Shown here: positions 21,226-31,296 of the stretch, one piece after another
How positions within the stretch are numbered: the first letter of the stretch is position 1
Layout: each line of letters starts with the position of its first letter
Assembly (NCBI GenBank): GCA_040880975.1
Contig: JBBEEC010000029.1
Span: 31,054-95,053 of the forward strand
Source: Bacteroidota bacterium
GTDB lineage: Bacteria; Bacteroidota; Ignavibacteria; UBA10030
Direction of reading: 5' to 3'
Length of the DNA stretch: 64,000 nucleotides
Notes under the pieces: generated by a model
Told to the model about the DNA's origin: nothing
Seen by the model: only the letters and a program-made list of their open reading frames with translations
Database searches by the model: none
Made by a program: the position numbers and the translations under genes

Positions 21226-22660
21226 GGCATCAAATTCGAAATTCGAATTTCGAAATTCGAATTTTACCTCACCGCTTCATCCAGGCAACTGGGTGGAGCG
21301 GTTTTTGTTTTTAGCACGCCACCTCTGGTCGGGAGCTCTGCTCCCCACTCATCCCCCCGCCACAAAACACGGCGGGCAAGCCCGCCAAAAATCGCGGCGG
21401 GCCCCGAAGGGGTCCCTTTGGGACAGGCCGTCCCCCTTCTCTCAAGAGAGAAGGGGGGGTGAGCACCACATCTGGTCGGGAGCTCTGTTCCCCACTCATC
21501 CCCCCGCCAAAAATCGCGGCGGGCCCCGAAGGGGTCCCTTTGGGACAGGCCAACCCGGGGGTGAGCACCAACTCTGGCCGGCTCTACTCCTCCTCGTTTC
21601 CATAGGCCAAAAAAAAACAAGGCATGTCATTCTGCCCGCCCCCGCCAGACCGCAGGCGGGCTGGCCGGCTGAAGTTTATTGAAGGCGGGCCGGGGAGTCC
21701 CGCCTTCCACAGCATTTCCAGGCGGGCGGGACGAAGAATCTGAACACCTCCGCTTAACAAAAGCTCGTATCGGCATAAAAGCTCGCTCATTATTCGTTGT
21801 CGGATTTTCTCACCCAACTCTGGTCGGGAGCTCTGCTCTCCACTCATCCCCCCCCGCCAAAAAACGGCGGGGCAGGCCTTCGGGAAAATTTCGGCCTCTT
21901 TCATCGCCCCGGGATACCTGTCCGCCTTTGGCGGAAATCCCGGGGCTAGATGACCTCATGTAGAGCACAATTCCCCTCCCCGATAAAAAGCATCGGGGCA
22001 GGAAAGGGGAATCCAAACCGTAAAACAGAAAACGACAAAGAACAAACTGAAATCAAACAGAGAGAAGAAAACACAAATAAACAGGGGGGGGTGGGATTTC
22101 TGAATAACAATTCCTTCACTGCGCGTGCCGTTTACTCGCCCCTAGCCCCCGAAATTTTGGCGGTGTGCGGTTGGTGACCTTTGGTGCGTTTAAGTCCCGG
22201 CACCGCCTTTTGCTTGAGTTTGCACCTCTCGCCGTGTGCCGGGACTTCGGCTAATCTCCGTTTTATCCTTGGCGGGGGGATATTATTTTGCGGTGTGTTT
22301 CCCCCTAATGGATATTCCATGGAGGGGTCCCTTCGGGAAAATTTCGGAAGAAAGTTCCCCCGCATCAATTCAAAATAGTGATTAAAGAGCGGGGTCCCGC
22401 TTCGCGGGATCTTTGCTACTTTTCCCGCTCTTTGGATCCCGTCATGAGCGGGATCCTGGAAGGCGGGACTCTTTTGAAGAGAAAGTAGGCCTGCGGCAGC
22501 AAAGAGTCGAGATTAATCCAACAGATCGGGCTTATTCCCTCTTGAACATCCTCATCCAAAGTAATTCGCCGAAAGCCCAGAGCCGATCAATGACGCCGGT
22601 ACTTCGTTACTCCACGAGTTAGGCGTCATTTGAGCCTGCGGGGGATAGAATAATGGGGAG
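21226..22660. repeat. ~1.4-kb non-coding repeat mosaic: AATTCGAA tandem repeats, ~100-145-bp tandem duplications (ctctggtcgggagctctgctccccactcatccccccgccaaaaa...), GTCCCTTTGGGAC-type hairpins, an A-rich ~190-bp element and a ~70-bp palindromic element (ctacttttcccgctctttggatcccg...cgggactcttttgaagagaaagtag)
   Basis: The same units recur at 23400-24200, 39560-40200 and 41990-42330. ORFs in this region are translations of the repeats. Confidence 0.8.
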
Positions 22661-22669
22661 TGTGTTACC

Positions 22670-22978
22670 CTACGAAAGCATCTGAGCAAGGTGTTTTCTT
22701 GAAGCGCCCAATGCCAGCAACGACCGAATTAGCAAATCAAGCGACACTGATGGATCGCCAGCTTCCATCTTTGCCACACGAGATTGGCTTGACTTCAATC
22801 GTCGGGCAAGTTCGTGTTGGGTCAGGTTCTTCTTTCGTCGCACCGCTTGGAGATTCTTGCTTAATGCCAACTTCAGTTCAATATAAGCAGCTTCTTCCTC
22901 TGAGAGATTCAGAAACTCCTGAACAGTTCCAAATTTCCAACCTTTGGCTTCAAGCCGACGGCGTTTTGCAGATTTCAT
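22670..22978 (-). CDS. higA: XRE-family HTH antitoxin (HigA-like)
   Basis: Contains the HTH NLTQHELARRLKSSQSRVAKMEAG. It lies 13 bp downstream of the toxin gene on the same strand. Confidence 0.7.
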   Translation of the reverse strand: MKSAKRRRLEAKGWKFGTVQEFLNLSEEEAAYIELKLALSKNLQAVRRKKNLTQHELARRLKSSQSRVAKMEAGDPSVSLDLLIRSLLALGASRKHLAQMLS

Positions 22979-22990
22979 ATTCTTGCTCCT

Positions 22991-23323
22991 TTACGTTGTA
23001 TCGTACATACGCAGACGCTGTTGACAGTTTCGAACTACTTCCTTCGGCGTCTTTTGAGTTTTCTTTTCAAAGATATCCACCACAAGGACTGCATTGTTAT
23101 CGATCCGATATACGATACGCCAGGTTGTCGTTTCATCCACAATCCGAAGTTCGTGGCAACGCTTACCAATCACTGGCATTGGACGTGACTGTGGTAACGA
23201 AAGCTTCTCCCCCATTTGCACCCGACGAAGCAGATAACCAGCTTCAATTCGTGCTTGGCGCGAGAACGGCGGTGTTTTTATTTCACCGTGGAGCCAACCA
23301 ATCTGCTTTGTCGATCTGTCCAT
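22991..23323 (-). CDS. higB: RelE/ParE-superfamily toxin, HigB/phage Gp49-like
   Basis: 110 aa. The motifs ...GKRCHELRIVDETTTWRIVYRIDNNAVLVVDIFEKKTQKTP fit the Gp49-like killer-protein family, which pairs with XRE antitoxins. Confidence 0.65.
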   Translation of the reverse strand: MDRSTKQIGWLHGEIKTPPFSRQARIEAGYLLRRVQMGEKLSLPQSRPMPVIGKRCHELRIVDETTTWRIVYRIDNNAVLVVDIFEKKTQKTPKEVVRNCQQRLRMYDTT

Positions 23324-23399
23324 GCGAGTATAAGATATGTCATTTCTGATATATAGTCAACACGGCGCAAACGAACGTCTAACACGCCCAATCCCGAAG

Positions 23400-24270
23400 G
23401 GATCCCTTCGGGACAACGACGCTCCCTCATTTTATAGGCGATGATGAAAATGATTGCTAGTGCCACTTCTTCTCTCCCGAGAGAAGGGGGGGTGAGCGCC
23501 ACATCTGGTCGGGAGCTCTGCGGTGGAACCTACGCCCACAAAGACATAGCGAAGGGGTCCCTTTGGGACAAGCCAACCCCTTCTCTCCCGAGAGAAGTGG
23601 GGGGTGAGCGGCACCACTGGTCGGATCTCATGTAGCGCGTGCCGTTTACTCGCCCCTAGCCCCCGAAATTTCGTCCTCTTTCATCGCCCCGGAATGAATT
23701 CCGGGGCTAGATTACCTCACGTAGAGCACAATTCCCCTAAAGGGGAATGGGCTTTCTGTCGACGGGACTTACTGCAGTGTGCTTTACCCATGCCCTTAGC
23801 CCCCGAAATCGCCGGCTGTGTGCGGTGGGCGGCTTAATCGTGCGTTTAATTCCGGCACCGTCCAATGGTCGAGTTTGTGATCTCGCCGTGTGCCGGAATT
23901 TCGGCCTATCTCCGTACTATCTAAGGTGCGGTGGGGATGGTTTGACAACGTGCGTTGCGATTTCGGCGCCCTTTTCTTTTCGTCCATTTTCTTTTGGGCG
24001 GGCAAAAGAAAATGGACTCGCCGAAGGCCCAGAGCCGATCAATGACTCTCCCTTGCATCTTTGCCTTCCCCAAGCTACCTTTCCCCAGCCAGCGGTAACC
24101 CAACGGGGACCAATTCCACATCACGTGAACATTTTCAGGGGCGTGGAATGGTCTTTTGAAGGGTGAGAACGGGAGGAACGCGGCAGAATGAACCTCTGGA
24201 TTCGGGTTTCCGATGAAGGAGGTTTTTGTGTTATGGAGTAGTTGAGTAGTGGAGTATGTGAGTATTTGAG
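23400..24270. repeat. repeat mosaic sharing units with 21226-22660 and 39560-40200, including palindrome ccattttcttttgggcgggcaaaagaaaatgg and GAGTAGT-like heptamers at 24230-24280
   Basis: There are several direct matches to other loci: gcgtgccgtttactcgcccctagcccccgaaatt, tagagcacaattcccctaaaggggaat and cccagagccgatcaatgac. Confidence 0.75.
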
Positions 24271-24306
24271 TAATTGTTGGCTTGGCCTTTCCTAATTGGA
24301 GGCAAA

Positions 24307-24618
24307 ATGGACACATCAACGTGGTTTTTATTGGCAGTCATGTCATTCTCTTGTGGATTCTTCACAACGCACGTTGCCAAGCTCAAAGGGTATGAACCAA
24401 TCGGTTGGTTTTTTGCGGGCTTTTTCTTTTGGATAATAGGCTTGATTGCTGTTATTGGGGTGCCCGAAAAACAAAGGGTTGTGCTCTCGAAGAAAGATGA
24501 AGAATGGATTTGTATGATCTGTAATTATGGAAGACGTGGCCGGGGCCTCTGTGGGATCTGCGGCAATGAACCAAAGTTTATTACTTTACCAAAACCGAGT
24601 CACTCTGCGGCCAGGTGA
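24307..24618 (+). CDS. small membrane protein with C-terminal zinc-ribbon (CxxC...CxxC)
   Basis: An SD-like GGAGG precedes the ATG at 24307. There are two hydrophobic helices, then CMICNYGRRGRGLCGICG. Confidence 0.45.
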   Translation: MDTSTWFLLAVMSFSCGFFTTHVAKLKGYEPIGWFFAGFFFWIIGLIAVIGVPEKQRVVLSKKDEEWICMICNYGRRGRGLCGICGNEPKFITLPKPSHSAAR

Positions 24619-24801
24619 CCGGCCGCTAAGCCGACGAAACCATTCACTATCTTCAGAATCTGGCCATCACCGCTTAAACAAGGCCCGCATAGGCATGAAA
24701 GCTTGAAAAACTTGGCAAAGGTCACCGGCGGCGATTCAAAAGCGGGGTTCTTCGTAATTCGAAGATTGTGCGCCGCCACCGGCTTAGAATGAGATAAGTA
24801 A

Positions 24802-25437
24802 ATGACCCAACCGACACCTCCGACAGAGTCCCAACCAAGCGAGCGGCAGAAAAAGAGATATGAGGTTTCGCTCGATACGCGGAAGTTTGAGATCGATCTG
24901 TTTTGGAGGCGTGCTCTCTTCTTCTGGGGGTTCATTGCCTCTGCCTTCGTAGCTTATGCAGCGTTTTCGAAGGATAGACCCGACGGTCCAACGATTTCTC
25001 TGATAATTTCTCTGTTTGGTCTGGTGTGCTCATTCAGTTGGACTCTTGTAAATCGTGGATCCAAATACTGGCAAGAGAACTGGGAATCGCAAGTTGACAA
25101 AGATGAAGATGCCGTCACAGGCCCGCTATTCAAACAACCCGCCGAACGTCAAAAGAAAGGTTGGTTTGGTGCTCAGAAGTTTTCAGTGAGCAAGCTTGCA
25201 ATTGCCTTAAGCGACTATGTTACGCTCGTTTGGGCTCTACTAATACTCCGCAGTGTGAGAGAAATACCCACAGTCAAGCGATTCTTGGAGGCGGACTGTT
25301 GGCCGTTTCATCTTCAAGACGATACCCTTGTTCTTGTCTTTCTTGTGTTCACGCTCGCTTGGTTGATATTTGTATTTATAAAGAGTGGAACAACAGAACG
25401 AACGCCGGGCGCTGGCGGCGCATCAACAACAGTCTAA
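24802..25437 (+). CDS. hypothetical multi-TM protein (possible SLATT-like 2TM effector; unverified)
   Basis: 211 aa. TM helices ALFFWGFIASAFVAYAAF and TISLIISLFGLVCSFSWTLV are followed by KYWQENWE and a C-terminal helix LVLVFLVFTLAWLIFVFI. Confidence 0.5.
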   Translation: MTQPTPPTESQPSERQKKRYEVSLDTRKFEIDLFWRRALFFWGFIASAFVAYAAFSKDRPDGPTISLIISLFGLVCSFSWTLVNRGSKYWQENWESQVDKDEDAVTGPLFKQPAERQKKGWFGAQKFSVSKLAIALSDYVTLVWALLILRSVREIPTVKRFLEADCWPFHLQDDTLVLVFLVFTLAWLIFVFIKSGTTERTPGAGGASTTV

Positions 25438-25448
25438 CCGAGGAGCCT

Positions 25449-26087
25449 TTGCCCGATACACTTTATCAGGAATTTGAGGATCCGACGGAGGCTTTTGCGC
25501 GCGAGCCCCGTGCCTTTTGCTACGATCTTGCCATAGGTCTCATCAATCAAGCTAAAGCGGAAGCAACCCTATCATGGTACACTCAGACAGAGAGCGTCAA
25601 GGCAATTATCCTGCTCCTCTATTGTTGGAATTTTGCAGCACGCGAAACGAAGAGACTCACATTTGATTCCGTTCGAAATGTACTCAGCACAAATGAACAG
25701 AATCTGCGATTATTGGAGCAGTACACACTACTAACGTTCGATGAGACATCTGAACTACCAATCCAAACCGTTTTCTCCCAATTCCGTGAGGCATTTGGAC
25801 AAACTGGAGCGACTAAAGCCTTGAGCTTGCTCAATCCCAGACTTTTTCTAATGTGGGATACGCGCATACGAGCCAGACTCCGAAGGGAACTTGTCCGCGG
25901 GCTCGACAACGGGCAAACCGAAGACCAATACATTCTGTTCTTGCGCAAAGTGCGCGATTATGCTGCTCAATATAATTTCCAGCAGAGGCTCGCACCCAAT
26001 GCAATCCTAGCGAAGAAAATCGATGAGTATCACTATGTCAGGATTGTGATGGCGCAAAGTGTTTTACACGTGCGGGATACCGCCTAA
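25449..26087 (+). CDS. hypothetical protein (start uncertain; TTG 12 nt after previous stop)
   Basis: The long ORF 25161-26087 overlaps the upstream gene. The first plausible start after its stop is TTG 25449. No recognisable motifs. Confidence 0.35.
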   Translation: MPDTLYQEFEDPTEAFAREPRAFCYDLAIGLINQAKAEATLSWYTQTESVKAIILLLYCWNFAARETKRLTFDSVRNVLSTNEQNLRLLEQYTLLTFDETSELPIQTVFSQFREAFGQTGATKALSLLNPRLFLMWDTRIRARLRRELVRGLDNGQTEDQYILFLRKVRDYAAQYNFQQRLAPNAILAKKIDEYHYVRIVMAQSVLHVRDTA

Positions 26088-26170
26088 CAGGCCGCACAAC
26101 GACGTGTGCTCACTTGAAATTGCAAAAATTAAGCTGTGTTAGGAATAACAATGGGAAGCGACGTTCTTGA

Positions 26171-26926
26171 TTGCCGAAAAGATCTATGAATTCAGATTGG
26201 CGTAGTCTATTGCCAAAAGAACTCGGCCCACTGCCATTCGACGGTGTGCTCACCAGAACGGAAGCCAACGGGTCAATTGATGCTCCCGTTACAGTGCTCG
26301 GAGTTTATCCCGCAGCAGTGCAGTGGCGTCATTTTGTTCGTGATGGAGTCAGGTTGAATTTGCCATCGAAAGTCGAAGAGCACTCTTTCGACCCCCTGTC
26401 CAAGTCAGGAAGCGACCTGGACAAACTCTACTTGCAACCTTTAGGTCTTTCTCGCGGGCATATTCTAGCGGTAGATTTAATGCCGTACTTCTTCGCGAAC
26501 ACTGCGAAGGATTCAAAGAGTCACCGCTCGATGTGGGATAATGTGCGGGACTATACCCGAATTACAGGTCGGAAAACTGCGATCGAACCAAGACCGCCAG
26601 AGGATAAACTCCTGCAAAGGTGTTGGTCGTTACCAGGCAATCAATCCCGTCTTCAAGAATATATTGCGCGAAAATCAGCTCGACTTCTTTTCACGCTTGG
26701 CAGAGAAGCAGCTGCATATGTTCGAGGACATAACCGTGCGATTGATGGACAACAGTATCTTTATTCCAAACCCAAAACGCTCGACCTTTTCGACAACTCT
26801 ATTCTCACCGTTCATTTTGTTCATCCAGGGAATCTTCAACGTTCCAATAACGGGAAGTGGAAAACAACCCACATCGATTGGTGCATAGAATCAGGCCGCG
26901 GATTTGTCAAGTCAGTTTTAGGATGA
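26171..26926 (+). CDS. hypothetical protein with uracil-DNA-glycosylase-superfamily-like motifs
   Basis: VTVLGVYPAA resembles UDG motif A (beta-strand + GxxPx, as in GQDPY/GEAPG). ILTVHFVHPGNL resembles motif B (HPSP) near the C-terminus. The ~190-aa spacing fits a UDG fold. Confidence 0.4.
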   Translation: MPKRSMNSDWRSLLPKELGPLPFDGVLTRTEANGSIDAPVTVLGVYPAAVQWRHFVRDGVRLNLPSKVEEHSFDPLSKSGSDLDKLYLQPLGLSRGHILAVDLMPYFFANTAKDSKSHRSMWDNVRDYTRITGRKTAIEPRPPEDKLLQRCWSLPGNQSRLQEYIARKSARLLFTLGREAAAYVRGHNRAIDGQQYLYSKPKTLDLFDNSILTVHFVHPGNLQRSNNGKWKTTHIDWCIESGRGFVKSVLG

Positions 26927-27078
26927 CGAACCCCCCGACACACGTACGCGAGCTGCGCCGACCGGTGTAAAAAAGGCAGACGACAGGCTCTTGTTGGTTC
27001 GCACCGCAATACGCCCGACGTTTGGTACCATGCCCCGCGAGAACTTGTCTTGCTGAACCGACTGGACGGAGAGTGCAA

Positions 27079-27687
27079 ATGATATCACCGACTCCTCAGA
27101 ATATTCCAAATGAAACCACCGTGCAGGATCTATCAAACCACTACCTGCTATCGTCGCTGCACAGTAGGTCGGCGTGGATATATTGCCCGACTCGACAAGA
27201 GGAGATCCGACTAGGTTATGACGCCTCACTCCAAAACGGGAAGACCGTCCTGCTTCAATACAAATCGCTTAGCTATGCGGGACGATATCTCGTTTCAATT
27301 CGTCTTGACCAGAGACAATTAGCGACTCTGCTTACCAATTTTCCCCAACGGACCACTCCGTATCTCTATTATGGGTTTTGCGACTACCGGTCTTATCGAG
27401 AATTAGACAACGATTTTCTGACAGTGGGCTCTCCAGAATTCTTTAGGCACATGTTGTTCATTGACATCCATTCTCTCGCACCGAATACGCATACTATCCG
27501 TCGTCACAACGATGGAAGCATGACCGGCTTCCCGAGCCAGCAGCAGTTGATTCCAGTGCGAGGACCGAGGATTGCTCAGGGAATCAGAACTTGCACGATT
27601 GGTACGCCAAATAGCAAGAATATGCTTCGGACCCTTCGAGACCGTATTCGAGGATTCACATTGTCAGTGTTGCGTTATGTCCCCTAG
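27079..27687 (+). CDS. hypothetical protein
   Basis: Internal Met (MISPTPQNIP) of the 221-aa ORF. No recognisable motifs. It is co-directional with neighbours. Confidence 0.4.
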   Translation: MISPTPQNIPNETTVQDLSNHYLLSSLHSRSAWIYCPTRQEEIRLGYDASLQNGKTVLLQYKSLSYAGRYLVSIRLDQRQLATLLTNFPQRTTPYLYYGFCDYRSYRELDNDFLTVGSPEFFRHMLFIDIHSLAPNTHTIRRHNDGSMTGFPSQQQLIPVRGPRIAQGIRTCTIGTPNSKNMLRTLRDRIRGFTLSVLRYVP

Positions 27688-27956
27688 AAATTGGTAACAC
27701 ATCAGGGTCCGGGAACATGGGCCTTCGCGCGCGGCACGAGCACCTAACAGCCGCAAAAACGGCGGTCACAACTGTGGAACAAACCAATGCATGCTGTTAC
27801 TCACGACCTAGATTTGCGGCGGAACGGAACAAGGTTTTTTTCCAGACCCTAGAGGGTGGCCCCGCGAGGTTAAGGCCTCTTCCTACTCCCAAATCAGCCT
27901 GATTTGTGTTACCTTTGGTTTGCACCCCCACGCATTCAAATCCAGACAAACAGTAA

Positions 27957-30900
27957 ATGAGCGCATTAAGAGACAACTACGCTAAAGGCACTGTCGGAGA
28001 ATTCCTTAAGGAAGTAATCCGACCGGGCTCAAAGCTCTCTTTCGTGTCTGCATACTTCACGATCTATGCCTACCAGCAACTGAAATCCCAACTGGATGGA
28101 ATCGATCATCTTCGATTTCTGTTTGGTGAGCCAAGGTTCATCAACTCGATTGACCCTTCGAAAACCAATCGCCGTGAATTCAGAATCGATGATGATCAAC
28201 TTGTGATTCCGATTGAAAACCGAATGTCACAAAAAGCGACTGCCAAGGAATGTGCCGAATGGATCAGCAAGAAGGTTGCTATCAAGTCGATGGTCAAGCC
28301 GAACTTCCTCCACGGTAAGCTCTATCATTTGGAAAACCCCAACGGAACAAAAGAATCCATCATGGGAAGTTCCAACTTCACTGTGAGCGGCCTCGGATTA
28401 GGTGGAAGGCACAATATTGAATTAAACATGGTCATCCAGGACCGCCGGGATGCAAACGAACTCGAAGAGTGGTTCAACGGCCTCTGGAACAATCAGGATG
28501 GCCTGGTAGAGGATGTTAAAGAACAGGTGCTGAAGTACCTCGATCAGTTTTATGTCGAAAATGAGCCGGAATTCATCTACTACAAGACCCTGTATCACAT
28601 TTTTGAGAAGTTTCTCGGCGAGCAAGACAAGGGGGGCCTCCTCAACAAGCAGATTGGCTTTTTCGAGAGCGAGATCTGGAGCATGCTTTACGACTTCCAG
28701 CAAGATGGCGTGAAGGGTGCGATCAACAAGATCCTGAAACACAACGGTTGCATTATAGCAGACAGCGTCGGTTTGGGAAAAACCTTCGAGGCCCTTGCTG
28801 TCATTCGCTATTTCGAGCTCCTGAACTGCCGAGTGTTGGTTCTGGTCCCGAAAAAACTCTCCAGCAACTGGACAGTATATCAAGCTGCACAAAACAACAT
28901 CCTTAATCCATTTCGCAAGGATCGTTTCAATTACACCGTCTTATATCACACGGACCTTGGCAGAGTACAAGGTGTTTCCGACGCAAACGGGATCGATCTT
29001 GAACGCTTCAACTGGGGTGCTTACGACCTCGTTGTCATAGACGAAAGCCACAACTTCCGCGGCAATCCTACGGAGAGAACAACCGATGACGGGGAAATCC
29101 GATTGAACCGTGCGAAGTGGTTGATGGAAAAGATCATTAAGGAAGGCACCAAAACGAAGGTCCTCCTGCTTTCGGCGACGCCGGTAAACAACAATCTACG
29201 TGACCTTAGAAATCAACTATTGCTCATCACCGAGGGACGCAAGGATGCATTGTTTGAAGCAACCCAGATAAAGGACATTGAACTTGCATTGAAGAATGCT
29301 CAGACCCAGTTCACGAATTGGGCTGACGCCAAGAAAAATCCTGTTCGAACCGTCAAGCAGTTGCTGGAACGGCTTGATTCCTCATTCTTCAAGCTCCTCG
29401 ACGAGATGACTATCGCTAGGAGCCGCAGGCACGTCAAGAGCTTCTACAACATCAAAGCGGTTGGAAGGTTTGCCGATCGATTGAAGCCACACGCTATCTA
29501 TCCGAGCATTGATGTGAAGGATCGATTCTTCACATATGATGCGTTGAATAAGAAGATCCTGGAATACAAGCTGTCCGTCTTCAATCCCTCAGCATATGTT
29601 AAGCCGGAAATGCAAAAGAAGTATGAAGATCTCGGTGCCGGGCAGGTTCTTGCATTCACCCAGAGCGACCGCGAGAATTTCCTCATCGGCATGATGAAGG
29701 TCAACTATCTCAAACGACTCGAAAGTTCGATCGAATCGTTCGAGATTTCTCTTGACCGCACAATTCGTAAGATCGAAGACCTTGAGAAACGCATTGCTGA
29801 ATTCAAGAAAGCGAAGCCAAATGGACAACAGGTGGATATAGGAGCGGCACAGCCTGAAGAAGACGAGTTTGAGGAGAATGCCGATGATCTGGAACAGTGG
29901 CAGGTGGGCAAGAAATTCAAGGTCGATATGGCCGATCTTCTATTGGACGATTGGCTAAGGGACCTCAATGCCGACAAGCAAGCTCTTTCCGTTCTCTATA
30001 ACGGTGCGGTTGCCGTAACTCCCGATCGGGATGCAAAGCTCAAAGAACTGAAAGACCAAATCGAAAAGAAGATTGAGCATCCTTTAAATGGCATCAACGA
30101 CAAGGTGATCGTGTTCACCGCTTTTGCCGATACAGCTGATTACCTGTACGGATGTCTCAAGGACTGGACAAGAAACGACCTGAAGAAACATATTGCCTTG
30201 GTGGCAGGCAGCTTCACAAAGACAACGCTGGGAAGAAATGATTTCGGAAACATTCTCACCAACTTCTCTCCCATTTCAAAGGACCGCGCCCGGCTTTCCG
30301 AAATGCCTCAGGGTGATGAAATTAGTATCCTGATTGCCACAGATTGCATCAGCGAAGGTCAGAATCTGCAGGATTGCGACTATGTGATCAACTATGACAT
30401 CCATTGGAATCCTGTTCGCATCATTCAGCGGTTTGGGCGCGTTGACCGCATAGGAACCAGGAATGAGAAGATTCAGCTTGTCAATTTCTGGCCTACAAAA
30501 GACCTCGACAATTATATCAATCTAAAAGAACGCGTTGAGGCTCGAATGGCCCTGGTGGACGTGACCGCAACCGGCGAAGACAATATCCTCAACACAGATC
30601 AACTTGAAGAACTGATAGAAGAAGACCTTAAGTATAGGAATCAGCAGCTGAAACGGCTGCGGGATGAAGTGCTTGACCTGGAGGATATGAACGAAAGCGT
30701 CACATTGACTGATTTTACGCTCGACGATTTCCGCGTCGAATTGACAAACTATATCGAGAGCAACAGGAAGCGACTCGAGGAAGCCCCGTTTGGTCTATAC
30801 GCGGTTGTCCCATCTCCATCAGGGGAGCATTCCAACGTTTTGGACGTGACTGCCTTCTCTGCGGCGGAAAGGGCAATTATCAAACCGGGTGTCGTGTATT

Positions 30901-31289
30901 GTTTGAAACAAAAAGGCGACACCGATGGCACCGAAGAAGTGAATCCTCTCCAGCCCTACTTCCTTGTCTACATTTGGGATGACGGACAAGTCAGGTTCAA
31001 CTACACCAATGCCAAGCAAATATTGGAGATCTATCGTCTGATGTGCCAGGGGCGAACCGAAGCCTTCCAAGGTCTGTGTGATCTCTTCAATGAAGAAACA
31101 CAACACGGAAAGAATATGTCGGCCTATACCGAGCGCCTGCAGAAAGCAGTGGAGGAGATCGTGCGTGTATTCAAGAAGAAGATGACACAGCGGATTACCA
31201 CAGACCGCGGTGGATTGATCATGCCGAAGTCAAAACAGGTGGATGAAGTCAACAATTTCGAGCTTGTCTCATGGTTGATTATTCGCTGA
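27957..31289 (+). CDS. PLD-family (HKD) nuclease fused to SNF2-family helicase (DISARM DrmD-like with DrmC-like PLD N-terminus)
   Basis: A single HKD motif is present: NFLHGKLYHLENPNGTKESIMGSSNFTVSGLG. SF2/SNF2 motifs I (ADSVGLGKTFEALAV), II (LVVIDESHNFRG), III (LLLSATPVNN) and V/VI (YDIHWNPVRIIQRFGRVDRIG) are also present. Length is 1110 aa. Confidence 0.8.
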   Translation: MSALRDNYAKGTVGEFLKEVIRPGSKLSFVSAYFTIYAYQQLKSQLDGIDHLRFLFGEPRFINSIDPSKTNRREFRIDDDQLVIPIENRMSQKATAKECAEWISKKVAIKSMVKPNFLHGKLYHLENPNGTKESIMGSSNFTVSGLGLGGRHNIELNMVIQDRRDANELEEWFNGLWNNQDGLVEDVKEQVLKYLDQFYVENEPEFIYYKTLYHIFEKFLGEQDKGGLLNKQIGFFESEIWSMLYDFQQDGVKGAINKILKHNGCIIADSVGLGKTFEALAVIRYFELLNCRVLVLVPKKLSSNWTVYQAAQNNILNPFRKDRFNYTVLYHTDLGRVQGVSDANGIDLERFNWGAYDLVVIDESHNFRGNPTERTTDDGEIRLNRAKWLMEKIIKEGTKTKVLLLSATPVNNNLRDLRNQLLLITEGRKDALFEATQIKDIELALKNAQTQFTNWADAKKNPVRTVKQLLERLDSSFFKLLDEMTIARSRRHVKSFYNIKAVGRFADRLKPHAIYPSIDVKDRFFTYDALNKKILEYKLSVFNPSAYVKPEMQKKYEDLGAGQVLAFTQSDRENFLIGMMKVNYLKRLESSIESFEISLDRTIRKIEDLEKRIAEFKKAKPNGQQVDIGAAQPEEDEFEENADDLEQWQVGKKFKVDMADLLLDDWLRDLNADKQALSVLYNGAVAVTPDRDAKLKELKDQIEKKIEHPLNGINDKVIVFTAFADTADYLYGCLKDWTRNDLKKHIALVAGSFTKTTLGRNDFGNILTNFSPISKDRARLSEMPQGDEISILIATDCISEGQNLQDCDYVINYDIHWNPVRIIQRFGRVDRIGTRNEKIQLVNFWPTKDLDNYINLKERVEARMALVDVTATGEDNILNTDQLEELIEEDLKYRNQQLKRLRDEVLDLEDMNESVTLTDFTLDDFRVELTNYIESNRKRLEEAPFGLYAVVPSPSGEHSNVLDVTAFSAAERAIIKPGVVYCLKQKGDTDGTEEVNPLQPYFLVYIWDDGQVRFNYTNAKQILEIYRLMCQGRTEAFQGLCDLFNEETQHGKNMSAYTERLQKAVEEIVRVFKKKMTQRITTDRGGLIMPKSKQVDEVNNFELVSWLIIR

Positions 31290-31296
31290 ATCAAGA

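Noticed and set aside
21226-24270. Possible CRISPR array given many short repeats
   Set aside because: Repeats are of heterogeneous length and sequence, are not separated by uniform-length unique spacers, and no cas genes are nearby. They behave like REP/MITE mosaics.
23747-24319. ORFs 23747-24166(+) and 23921-24319(-) as genes
   Set aside because: They span repeat units shared with non-coding regions elsewhere and have no RBS or start context.
25161-26087. 308-aa ORF start at 25161
   Set aside because: The first 276 nt overlap the upstream 211-aa gene in another frame. The annotation uses TTG 25449 instead, and a frameshift fusion cannot be excluded.
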